This document shows positions 1 through 9,160 of a stretch of 64,000 nucleotides of DNA, one piece after another. Source of the DNA: a virus (taxonomy: Duplodnaviria; Caudoviricetes). The position numbers were made by a program, and so were the translations under genes. The notes under the pieces are model-generated. The model worked only from the letters and a program-made list of their open reading frames with translations. It made no database searches and was not told the origin of the DNA. The DNA lies in IMG/VR virus record IMGVR_UViG_3300025689_000001, positions 1 to 64,000 of that record; one strand, written 5' to 3'. Within the stretch, counting starts at the first letter, position 1. Each line of letters starts with the position of its first letter.

Positions 1-2225
1 TGGCCATAGTCACCACCAACGCACAACACAACACCAGCAGCATTGAAGTTGCAGTAATCAGGTACTTGACTTTGACTACTTGCTATATCACCATTTCCAG
101 GATACAACACCCAATCAAATCCGCTAACATTTGACTAATCAAAATCCTGAATATAATTTGATACATTAGCTCTTCGTCCAACTAATACTGCACCAGATGC
201 GCTATAACTATCTGAATAATTCTCAAAGTCCTCAAAGCAATAAATACCCTCTCCAGCATTATTATTTTCGTCAGGTCCAAAAGTAATTCCATCACACCAA
301 TCTAATACATTGCCCCAAGGGTCTTCAATATATCTATATTGAACTCCAACTCCATATGTTGTTTTTGAAGCCTACATAGTTCCAGTATGATATGGCATAG
401 CATCTGTAGACCCAGTATTTTCCTTTGAACTGCTATTACCACAATTACAGCCAATCATTGACTATGTATTCCAGTTGGCAAATTCAACAAGATATAACAT
501 CCAAATTGTTATCCAAAGACTAAAATCGAGTTGATGATATCCGCTTCCTATTGCTGCCTAATTAGTTCTCGCTGTTGCTCTGGTAATATTTGCAATCGGA
601 ATTACACCACTTGTTGATTTATAATTACTGTCAGAATGATAACGTCCAATATAAACATAGTCTTGTTCAGGATATGAGCCTCTTGCTCTATGTGCGGGAC
701 TTACATTAAAACCAGCCCTTGGAGCATCGGCAATCTAAATTGAAAGTTTTGAATTTGTTTTCTCAATTTTATACCAAAATTTTGGAATTTTAACAACCTC
801 ATTCCCATCAACTGTTTCTCTCACCATTCCATTCCAAGGATAAAGATTATCAAATGGTGAGCCACAATCTTCAGCACTCATACCATTATTTACATATGGT
901 ACTGGATTAGTAAACTCTGCCGCGGCACCTGTTCTTGATAAAGTTTGACCAGTTAATCCCCATTCAACACCATAAACATTATCAAAAGTTAATTCAACAT
1001 CATAAATTTTAGATGTTGTAAAGTTAATTATTTTACTAATGACTTTTCCATTTAAAGAAGCAGAGAAAGTCCATTTACCATATGAAGGAATTAACATCTT
1101 AAGAGAAGTCTATTCCATTGTGGCAGTAAGAGTTATTGCTCCATTTGTTGCAGTTATTATTGCGCCGCTATCCGCGGTAATGTTTATACTTGGATAAGTA
1201 ATTGCTGCAAGTTCATCAATTGCCGCCTAAGTATTAGTTGCTTCGAGATGAGATGTGGTATTATCATAAGAAATTTCGGATGCAGTAGTTGGAATTGTAG
1301 GTTTGTTTTTAATGTAATCATCTTTAGAATTATCTGCCTAATTCCAATCAGATTGAATATTGACCTCTGCACCTTCAGCAATACCAGCAAGCTTTGTTTT
1401 TTCGACTGTAGTATAGTCATTAGTTGAAAGTCCCTTGCCTGTTTCTTTATCAACCTTGTTATTGAGAGCAGCTTCAACATCGCTAAAGCTATCAATATTT
1501 GTTCCATCTTTAATATTTACAATATCGTTTTTATTAGTCTCAATCTGAGCAACTTTTATACTGTTTATTCCACTATTTACAGCAGCAAGTTGTTCTGTTG
1601 TAAGAGCCGATTGCTTGCCATTCCAAGTTGACTTTTCAGTATCACTAACAGCCCTATGTGTACTATCATAGTTGATATATGCTGGATTCAACTTATTACT
1701 TTCTGAAAGCTCTGTCTATAAACCAGAAACAAGGTCGGCAATACTAAACTCGACTGTATTACCATTTTGTAAAGTAAGAACGACTTTCTTTGTCTAACTA
1801 TCATAAGAACCATCTACGACAACGCTCTCTAAAGGTAAATCTATTGTTTGCGTTGTACCTAAGTTATCTCCATTCTGGTCTTTAAGTTGACCTGTAATAA
1901 CAAAAGTCTAACTATTAATTGTAAGATTAAGCGCTGTTGCATATTTAATCGTATTAGGAAGAGCTGATACGTCTGCCGCTGTCGTTGGGACAATAATATT
2001 TACCGTACCCTCAACTGGTATAATATTTGTACCATTTTTCTAAATAGTTGTTATTGGCACTGTTGGTATATCTGCTATGTCAGCTTTGTTCGCAAGAGCA
2101 TTTTCAACATCAGAAAAGCTATCAAGCGTTTCTCCGTCTTTAATAGCAGCAATCTCAGCCCTTGCAATTTTATCTTCCGATACGCCTCCACCTATGAAAG
2201 GATTAAATGTACCCATCATTTCCAT
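1..2225 (-). CDS. Tail-fibre/receptor-binding protein with C-terminal C-type-lectin (DGR target-like) domain; 3' end outside window; TAG read-through
   Basis: ORFs 2040-2225, 1338-1691 and 735-1097 are one frame separated only by TAG (at least 10 in-frame TAGs). Fibre motif KGLSTNDYT...EVNIQSDWNQAD...YIKNKP; C-terminal YRYIEDPWGNVLDWCDG and DYCNFNAAGVVLCVGGDYG, typical of Mtd/CLec DGR targets. Confidence 0.8.
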
Positions 2226-2237
2226 TTATATCACCTC

Positions 2238-2534
2238 TTAAATAATGTAATAGATTGCGTCGCTAAAACTATTCTTAAAAGAAAGATAATGAACATTAGC
2301 TCCCCTTTCTCCATTGAATGGCGTAATAAAATTGCCGCCAGAAGGAACTTCCATAAGGTCCGAATCTGTCTGTCCATTAAGATAGAATTGCGTACCAGGT
2401 GCAGCCTCAAAACCAATGAATCTCAAAGGGGCACTAATCTTAATGCCATCTTTTGCTAAAGACTCCTTGATAAGAGAGACTACATTCTTGTTTGCAGGAA
2501 TGCCGCCCTGCGGTTTGAACATCTTGTAATCCAT
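2238..2534 (-). CDS. Hypothetical 98-aa protein (possibly virion-associated)
   Basis: ATG 2534 overlaps the TGA of the upstream gene (TGATG), GGAGG RBS, TAA stop. Confidence 0.7.
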   Translation of the reverse strand: MDYKMFKPQGGIPANKNVVSLIKESLAKDGIKISAPLRFIGFEAAPGTQFYLNGQTDSDLMEVPSGGNFITPFNGERGANVHYLSFKNSFSDAIYYII

Positions 2535-2800
2535 CAAATCGCCTCCTATGGAACTTCAGTTCCAATTTCATTAAATATCTCCTTTACTCTACTCAATTCC
2601 TCAGAGTTATCAATTAAAATTTTAATTGTTTCTCCCTACATAAAGCGTGAAGATAATATACCTATTAAAGATTTACCATTCACTCTTCTTTCATTTTCTC
2701 TATATAAAAAAATGCTTGAATTTATTTCTTTTAATGAGAATACTAAATTCGCTGCATTCCTTTCCAATAAATTATCATTGAGTTTGTATGCACAAGTCAT
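2534..2800 (-). CDS. HPr/Crh-like protein lacking His15, retaining the Ser46 motif; 2 in-frame TAG
   Basis: Translation MTCAYKLNDNLLERNAANLVFSLKEINSSIFLYRENERRVNGKSLIGILSSRFM[Q]GETIKILIDNSEELSRVKEIFNEIGTEVP[Q]EAI*; matches HPr pattern VNxKSxxGxxS...GxxIxI; AAGGAG RBS; TAG at 2636-2638 and 2546-2548. Confidence 0.75.
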
Positions 2801-2820
2801 TATCATCAACTCCTTATTAT

Positions 2821-2896
2821 ATTATAGCACTCTTTCCCTTCAAAAGTCAAGCGATTAAATGCAAATCTTGACTTTTTAAATTGATTATGATATAAT
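2821..2896. promoter_or_regulatory. Back-to-back divergent sigmaA-type promoters
   Basis: Minus: TTGACT 2850-2845, 18 nt, TG-C-TATAAT 2826-2821. Plus: TTGACT 2868-2873, 17 nt, TATAAT 2891-2896. Confidence 0.8.
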
Positions 2897-2930
2897 GAAA
2901 GTATCAAAGAAAAGGAGCGTGAAACACACG

Positions 2931-3842
2931 ATGTTAAATATTGAAATGTCTGAGCGTATTAAAAAACTCAGAGCAATAAATCATTTTAATTTTGTTGGTC
3001 CTTTCTTTAATGATAAATAGAAGGACGCAGACTTTTCTATTGGAAGTGCAATCAGAGAAATAATTACAAGATATGATTATGAAATAAAACATAATTATAC
3101 ATTTGTAATTAAGTATGACAAAGATATCTATTCGTTTTTGGCTTACCGTATGATTTACGGCGCCGGCTCTGTTTTACAGAGAAACATTGATATTAAAATT
3201 CTCGGTAATGTTGACACTCCAGAAGAGAAAGAATTCTTTAAGGATATCCCAGTAATAGGCTATCGTAAAGCACGAAAGTTGAAGAAGGTTGTCTTCGTAA
3301 CTGGCTATCATCCTATTTATAATGTAATTGACCTAAACTCTTACTCTAAGACTTTTATTGAAATCTTCAATCCGATTGAAAGGTTTTTACCTGATTCACT
3401 CACAATGGCACAAGAGTTTTATCTTAAGCCAGAAAGTAAATTATGGAGTCTTTTCCTTGAAACAAGAGAGGACAATTATCTTGATTCAGATTGGGAAGAA
3501 GTAATTGACAAGACAGTTCCAATTGTTATTTTTAAACTCGAAGGTAATGAGAATGATTTTCCTGTTTTCAACTTCATTTTGAAATCCTCAAAGGAAGGCA
3601 ACATTCATATGTATGTTGTTGAAAATAAAGAAGCGGCAAAGTTCATTACCGATAATTTAAGAATTTATGTTGATACTCGCAATGTTCCTTCTGAATTAAA
3701 TATTATAAATAATGAAGAATATATTGATATGGTAAATAAATTCGCACTTAATTCAAAAAATGAAATTATAAATGAAATTCATTTCTTTGATAAGAATACA
3801 TTACCTCAGGAGGAAGATGAAGATGAAAATAGCGATTGTTAA
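2931..3842 (+). CDS. Hypothetical protein (303 aa), one in-frame TAG
   Basis: ATG 2931 after AAGGAG, in frame with ORF 3138-3842 through TAG 3018-3020. Confidence 0.7.
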
Positions 3843-4332
3843 TGGGCGTGGAGCGTCAGGTAAAACTACATTTGAAACAATGGTGCAGAAGATTGCCGCG
3901 GCAAGAGGAAAGAAAGTAAAAGTCATTTCTACTATTACATATGTAAAGGAAGTTGCAAAGCTGTTCGGTTGGGACGGAGGTAAGACTCCAGAGGATAGAC
4001 GATTCCTTTCAGACCTTAAGGATGCCCTCACTCGTTGGAAGGACCTTCCATATCAGAAGGTCAAGGGCTTCATTGAGATTTATGAATAGAGTGATACCAA
4101 CCTCTTATTTATCGATTGCCGCGAGCCTGAAGAGATTGCAAGGTTTGTTAACGACTACGGCGCACTTACAATTCTTGTTCAGCGTGGAGAGTTTGAATTA
4201 CTCGGTAACCATGCAGACGATAATGTTATGAATTATCAGTACGATGTTGTAATTGATAATAATAGAGGGCTTGACGAGTTAATGCAGGAAGCTACTATTT
4301 TTGAAGAGACTTTTGTGGAGGAAGAAGAATGA
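3823..4332 (+). CDS. Deoxynucleoside monophosphate kinase (P-loop), one in-frame TAG
   Basis: GRGASGKTT P-loop; after TAG 4087 continues LFIDCREPEE...NHAD...YDVVIDNN; AGGAGG RBS; TGA 4330-4332. Confidence 0.75.
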
Positions 4333-4646
4333 TTAAAGTTATCCAGTATAGTGTAGGAAAAGGTAAGGGTCGCGGTTGGGAAGTCGTATTTAAGGGCGAC
4401 AATAAACCCCTTAAAAAATATGAAAGACTTTGCCTTGGTTTTAAAGATGAAAATGGCAAATGGGTTGTTTTTGAAGTTGAAAATAAAACAACTAAAATTA
4501 ATGGTATGATTAAGGAATATATCTACGAAGCAAGTTTTCTTGGTTATTGTCCAGATACTACCATTGAACTTGATAAAGTTGACTTTGACTGGATTACTGA
4601 CAAAGAAGTTATAAGAGAAGCAGGAAAACAGGCTTGTTATACTTGA
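4329..4646 (+). CDS. Hypothetical protein
   Basis: ORF with ATGA overlap to the previous gene. Confidence 0.6.
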   Translation: MIKVIQYSVGKGKGRGWEVVFKGDNKPLKKYERLCLGFKDENGKWVVFEVENKTTKINGMIKEYIYEASFLGYCPDTTIELDKVDFDWITDKEVIREAGKQACYT

Positions 4647-4671
4647 CATTTTGAAAAAATTATTTTATAAT
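4643..4671 (+). promoter_or_regulatory. sigmaA-type promoter upstream of ligase
   Basis: TTGACA-17-TATAAT. Confidence 0.75.
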
Positions 4672-4695
4672 AATAATAGAAAATGAAAAGGAGAA

Positions 4696-5820
4696 ATGTG
4701 CATGGAAATTATAATTGATGGTTTTGACTTTTGGAATATGACCCCTCAGAAATATTACGCTTTCACTGCCGCATTCAAAGGTGATAAGAAAGCAAAAGCA
4801 AAAGAGCTTGTAATGTCAAATCGTTATCTCGGTGCCCGTAAGATGGATGGCGCTTGGAATATGATTATTCGTGACATGGACGGCAACTTCCACATGAGAA
4901 GCCGCACAGAGTCTGTCAATGGCGGCTATCAGGACAAGGCAGAATGGGTTCCTCATATCTGTGATGAACTTCGTTCTATTCCTAACGGTACTGCTCTTGT
5001 AGGAGAAATCTACTTCCCTGATAACGAAGGTAGCCGCAAGGTTACATCTGTATTAAATTGTCTTAAGGATAAGTGTCTTGAAAGACAGTTTAAGAACGGT
5101 AAACTTCATTTCTATATTTTTGATGTAGTTGCTTGGGGCGGTAAGTCTCTTATCGACGAACCTTTCTCTACGAGAACAACTTATGTAAACCTTGAAATGT
5201 TTAAAGACCTTGGCTTTGTTGAAACTGCTCAGTATCTAATGGGTGAAGACCTTTGGAATCTTTACGGTCAGGTTATTGCGGCAGGCGGTGAAGGTATCGT
5301 TATTACTCGTGAGGATTGCAAATATCTTTGTGGCAAAAGAACAGCGTGGATGACTCTTAAGATGAAGAAGGAACTTGAAGATACAATCGACGCATTTATC
5401 GACGGTGACTACAAAACTGCAACCCGTCTTTATACCGGTAAGGAAATCCAGACTTGGACCTTCTGGGAGAACGCAAAGACAGGTGAAAAGTTCAATACTT
5501 GTATGTTTGAAGATTACAAAAACGGCGTTCCTGTTGAACCAGTTACGAAGCCTTACTTCTACCATTGGGCAAGTGCAGTATCTTTCTCTGTAAAAGATAA
5601 TGGTAAAACTCGTCACATCGCTTGGATTAGCGGTATTACTGATGAATTGAAGAAAGAAATTGTAACAAATCCTAATAAGTGGATTGGCAAGGTTGCAGAA
5701 CTTACAGCAATGGAAATCGAGCATATCGACAATGATTACACTCTCCGTCACGGCAAAATTGAAAAATGGCGTGATGATAAGAGAGCCGATGATTGCGAGT
5801 TCAGTCAGCTCACTAAGTAA
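4696..5820 (+). CDS. ATP-dependent DNA ligase
   Basis: KMDG adenylation motif, VGEI, FYIFD, EGIV, LKMK, C-terminal LRH..WRDDK; no TAG. Confidence 0.9.
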   Translation: MCMEIIIDGFDFWNMTPQKYYAFTAAFKGDKKAKAKELVMSNRYLGARKMDGAWNMIIRDMDGNFHMRSRTESVNGGYQDKAEWVPHICDELRSIPNGTALVGEIYFPDNEGSRKVTSVLNCLKDKCLERQFKNGKLHFYIFDVVAWGGKSLIDEPFSTRTTYVNLEMFKDLGFVETAQYLMGEDLWNLYGQVIAAGGEGIVITREDCKYLCGKRTAWMTLKMKKELEDTIDAFIDGDYKTATRLYTGKEIQTWTFWENAKTGEKFNTCMFEDYKNGVPVEPVTKPYFYHWASAVSFSVKDNGKTRHIAWISGITDELKKEIVTNPNKWIGKVAELTAMEIEHIDNDYTLRHGKIEKWRDDKRADDCEFSQLTK

Positions 5821-5824
5821 AAGA

Positions 5825-5856
5825 TTAGACCATTATCCTTTTAAAACTACATTATA
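5825..5856 (+). promoter_or_regulatory. Candidate phage-specific (late) promoter TTAGA-N18-TACATTATA
   Basis: Same bipartite motif with the same 18-nt spacer at 8825 (+) and 56718 (-). Confidence 0.55.
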
Positions 5857-5912
5857 TTAGTAGAGGTAGGTTGAACCCTACCTCATTTTTTTTACAGTGA
5901 GGTGAAAAAGAA

Positions 5913-6953
5913 ATGCACGGCAGTTATGAATTTGAAACAGGGGTTCCATATCCTTATGATTTTGAGGCTCCATGCCAGACTCCGCCATCTATTCCAGTGC
6001 CAGGTTAGAGTCACTATCCTACTGATGATGATGGTCCTTGCGATACTCCTAAGTCTGTGCCGCCTTTCAAGCCAGAGCCAATTATCAGACCGCAGTTTGG
6101 ACCTACTCCAAACCCACCAGGAACATAGGAACCAGTTGAAATGAAGGTTCCTCGTATGCCATACCCTAAGAAACCAATATTCGCGCCAATTCCTCGCCAG
6201 CTACCACCAAAGCATACACAGGTACAGCCTCGCTGTTTTACTTGTAATCACTTTGAGATGTGTGGCTTCAAGAAAGATTATCTTAAGACGGTAACTTTAA
6301 TTCAAAATAGTCTTGGCGCACCACAGGCAAGTTATGAGATTACAGATAAGTATCTTATAATTCCAGAGTTTGTTGGATTCCCTCTCGCAGACGAAAGGAA
6401 ATATTTCCCTAAAGAGGTTGAGTTCAATAATACAGATAATAAAGGCTGCTTATTCCTTGCAAAGTTCAATGGTATTAACTATGTAAATGTAGTATACCTT
6501 GAAGGTCACCATTATATCCTCATTCAGTTGAAGTATAATAAGGAGACAGAACTTTACGAACTTAAGTCTTGTGAAGAAGCCTTTTACGGTGTTAAGTATG
6601 AGTTGGCAGACAAATCTCTTGAAGAAATTCAGCTTGGTCTTATTGAATGGAGAGAGATGATTGTAAATGCTCAGAAGCCACCACCACCACCAAGAAAAGA
6701 CATTATTAACACTACTCATTTCTCAGCCAATTTAAATTGTGATATGTATGACTGGAATAAGGAAACTCCAGAAGAAGCAATTCACAGATTGGCAAAGCAA
6801 TTCCCATATGGAATTCCTATTGATGAAGAAGCTAATAAATACTATCATGTTGCTACTTTCCATATCGAGCAGGGAGAAGTTCCATTATCTCCATACTTCC
6901 CGCCTAAGCCACCAAAGCCTAAGAGACCAGTTAAAAGATTCGGGGATATATAA
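5913..6953 (+). CDS. Proline-rich hypothetical protein (346 aa) with CxxC motif; 2 in-frame TAG
   Basis: ATG 5913 after GAGGTG, in frame with ORF 6141-6953 through two TAGs; Pro-rich termini, CFTCNHFEMC. Confidence 0.7.
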
Positions 6954-7345
6954 TGTCAAAAGGCGAAGAAAAAATTGAGAAACTTTTGCGTTCTCGTTTT
7001 ATCTCTTTTCAGAGAGAAGTAAGTTTCCCTGATTTAAAAAGTTTAAAAGGTAATTTACTTAGGTTTGACTTTGCGGTTTTTAAAGGAAAATAGTTAGTAT
7101 GCTTGATAGAATTTGACGGTGAATAGCATTTTCACAGAGTCCCATATTTTCAAAAAACAATTTCTGAATTTAAACAGACTCAAGAGTGGGATAGGCGTAA
7201 AAACGCATACTGTTTAAGGAAGAGGATACCTTTGATAAGAGTACCCTATTGGGATTACGATAATCTCACTTTTGAGTCTTTATTTACAAATCCTACTTAT
7301 AGAGTTTGTAATAAATATCACAATGATTTATTAAATCGGAGGTGA
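6953..7345 (+). CDS. PD-(D/E)XK-type (DUF559/DUF2726-like) endonuclease; 2 in-frame TAG
   Basis: MSKGEEKIEKLL...LRFDFAV...IEFDGE[TAG]HF...DRRKNAYC...IPLIRVPYW; TAATG overlap; TGA 7343-7345. Confidence 0.8.
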
Positions 7346-7350
7346 GATGA

Positions 7351-7845
7351 GTGGACGAAGTAATTATCGCAGCTATTGCCGCCGGCTTAGGTTCTGTTAT
7401 TACTATAGTCGGAAAGGTTATCGTAGATATTATAAAGGCGAAAAAGGAGCCTGACCAAAGTGATTTGGAACTTAAGGATGAATTGGAGAGAGAGAAGGAG
7501 AAAAATGAAGCGGCTATCGAAGCATTTACTAATTTTGGAAAAGAGATAAAAAGTTCTGTTGAGGACTTAAAGAATGATTTAACGCAGAAGATTGAAGACG
7601 TGAACAAGAGATTGGACGATATGGATAAAAGAATTGAGGACTATCGTGAGGAAACACGTGAGATAAATAAATCTGCTATTAGACATTCAATAACCGAGAT
7701 TTATTTTGAGCATTGTGATAGCAAAACATTGGATATGAGAACTAAGGAGGACCTATGCTCACTATATAATGCTTATAGTAGTATAGGAGGTAACTCTTTT
7801 GCTCATGAGTTATATGAAGAAATGATGACGTGGCAAGTTAAATAA
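7351..7845 (+). CDS. Holin-like membrane protein (N-terminal TM, coiled coil, LYxAY...GGN domain)
   Basis: Hydrophobic N-terminus VIIAAIAAGLGSVITIVG; C-terminal LYNAYSSIGGNSFAHELY resembles Firmicute phage holin-annotated proteins. Confidence 0.55.
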   Translation: MDEVIIAAIAAGLGSVITIVGKVIVDIIKAKKEPDQSDLELKDELEREKEKNEAAIEAFTNFGKEIKSSVEDLKNDLTQKIEDVNKRLDDMDKRIEDYREETREINKSAIRHSITEIYFEHCDSKTLDMRTKEDLCSLYNAYSSIGGNSFAHELYEEMMTWQVK

Positions 7846-7879
7846 TACTTATATGAGGGCAGGCAACTACCCTCTTTTC

Positions 7880-7908
7880 TTGACTTTTTATAAAAAATAT
7901 GATATTCT
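7880..7908 (+). promoter_or_regulatory. sigmaA-type promoter
   Basis: TTGACT-17-(TG)TATTCT. Confidence 0.6.
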
Positions 7909-7939
7909 TATTATAGAATTAAATGAAAGGAGAATTCAT

Positions 7940-8251
7940 ATGAGTGATTCACTTTTAAAATGTAAGCATTGTAAATATGCAAGAAAAGCAGAGAACTCTG
8001 AATATGTAGGTTGCGCCGCCGCGGTTCGACAGGATAATGTTGACTGGTTTGAATTTTATAGGAGACGAGAAATAGCAACTGGTTGGGTTAATCTTAACTC
8101 CTATCCTGATGGCAACGGAGGCTTTGGAATGATTACCAATGGTATTCCCTGCTTTAAACTCGAAGATAAGTGTTCGCATTTTGAACTGAGAGAGAGAGGA
8201 GTGTACAAATGCCTGATTTTAAGATTTACACTGATGGCGCCGCAACAATGA
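7940..8251 (+). CDS. Cys-rich hypothetical protein
   Basis: ATG 7940 after AAGGAG; CKHC...C...C...C. Confidence 0.6.
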   Translation: MSDSLLKCKHCKYARKAENSEYVGCAAAVRQDNVDWFEFYRRREIATGWVNLNSYPDGNGGFGMITNGIPCFKLEDKCSHFELRERGVYKCLILRFTLMAPQQ

Positions 8252-8784
8252 GAAAGGTTAACGGTGAGTATGTCCGTGAAGCCGGTGGTTGGGGATATGC
8301 CATTCTTGATGAGAATGATGAAGAAGTAATGACAGCCTATGGCGGCGAAAATATGACCACGAATAATGCGATGGAGTTAACAGCAATTCGTAATGGTCTC
8401 CGTAAGTTTCTTTCATTCGGTTATACTGGTAAGACAGTTGAAGTTTATTCTGACTCTGCATACTGTATCAACATTTTTACTTCTTGGATAAACAGCTGGA
8501 AAGCAAATGGCTGGACCAGAGGTAAGAAGCACGAGCCTATTGAGAATGTTGAGATTATTAAGGATATTGAAACAATCCTTGAAAATATCAAGAGACGTTT
8601 TTGCTCCGTTGAGTTCGTAAAAGTGCGTGGTCACGCAGGCGATAAGTGGAACGAGGTATGTGATAAACTTGCAGTAAAAGGTAAGATGGAAGATGCTTGT
8701 CACGGTATTGAAGTTGCATTATTCCTACTTCCCAAAACTGGAGAGCAACGTATTGCCGCAGACCTTGTGCCGGCAGAATGGTAA
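8209..8784 (+). CDS. rnhA: Ribonuclease HI
   Basis: YTDG, TNNAMEL, SDSAY, W..NGW, VRGHAG..NEVCDKLA motifs. Confidence 0.92.
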   Translation: MPDFKIYTDGAATMRKVNGEYVREAGGWGYAILDENDEEVMTAYGGENMTTNNAMELTAIRNGLRKFLSFGYTGKTVEVYSDSAYCINIFTSWINSWKANGWTRGKKHEPIENVEIIKDIETILENIKRRFCSVEFVKVRGHAGDKWNEVCDKLAVKGKMEDACHGIEVALFLLPKTGEQRIAADLVPAEW

Positions 8785-8824
8785 TAATAAAAATAGATGG
8801 TTCGACTCGAATGACGCAAAATTC

Positions 8825-8896
8825 TTAGAGTCCGACCATTATTTTTTTACTTTATAATTACCATATCTTGACTTTTTAAGTTTAAGGTGGTATAAT
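8825..8896 (+). promoter_or_regulatory. Tandem candidate late promoter and sigmaA promoter upstream of nrdH-nrdD
   Basis: TTAGA-N18-TACTTTATA 8825-8856; TTGACT 8868-17-TATAAT 8891-8896. Confidence 0.65.
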
Positions 8897-8929
8897 TATT
8901 ATAGAATAAATAAAAAGGAGTGAAGGACT

Positions 8930-9160
8930 ATGGAAGTTACACTTTATTCAACGGGCTGTCCCAAGTGTAAGGTATTAAAAAAGAAGCTCGAAGCGGCTAA
9001 TATTAACTACACGGAAGTGACAGATACGGACAAGGTTTATCAGATTTGCAAGAGTACTGGTTTCGATAGCGTACCGATTATTGCAATTGAAGATGGACAC
9101 ATTCTTGACTTTAACAGAGCAATCGCTTGGGTAAAACAGGTAGGTGATAACAATGCCTAA
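8930..9160 (+). CDS. nrdH: NrdH/glutaredoxin-like redoxin
   Basis: 76 aa, YSTGCPKC active site, SVP cis-Pro motif, adjacent to RNR. Confidence 0.8.
   Translation: MEVTLYSTGCPKCKVLKKKLEAANINYTEVTDTDKVYQICKSTGFDSVPIIAIEDGHILDFNRAIAWVKQVGDNNA

Noticed and set aside
5902-6144. ORF-track 80-aa ORF
   Set aside because: Wrong frame; the Pro-rich frame from ATG 5913 has the RBS and continues into 6141-6953 through TAGs
8797-8847. GGTTCGACTC tRNA T-loop-like motif (possible suppressor tRNA)
   Set aside because: No T-stem, acceptor stem or anticodon arm; it is one arm of an imperfect hairpin followed by a T-run
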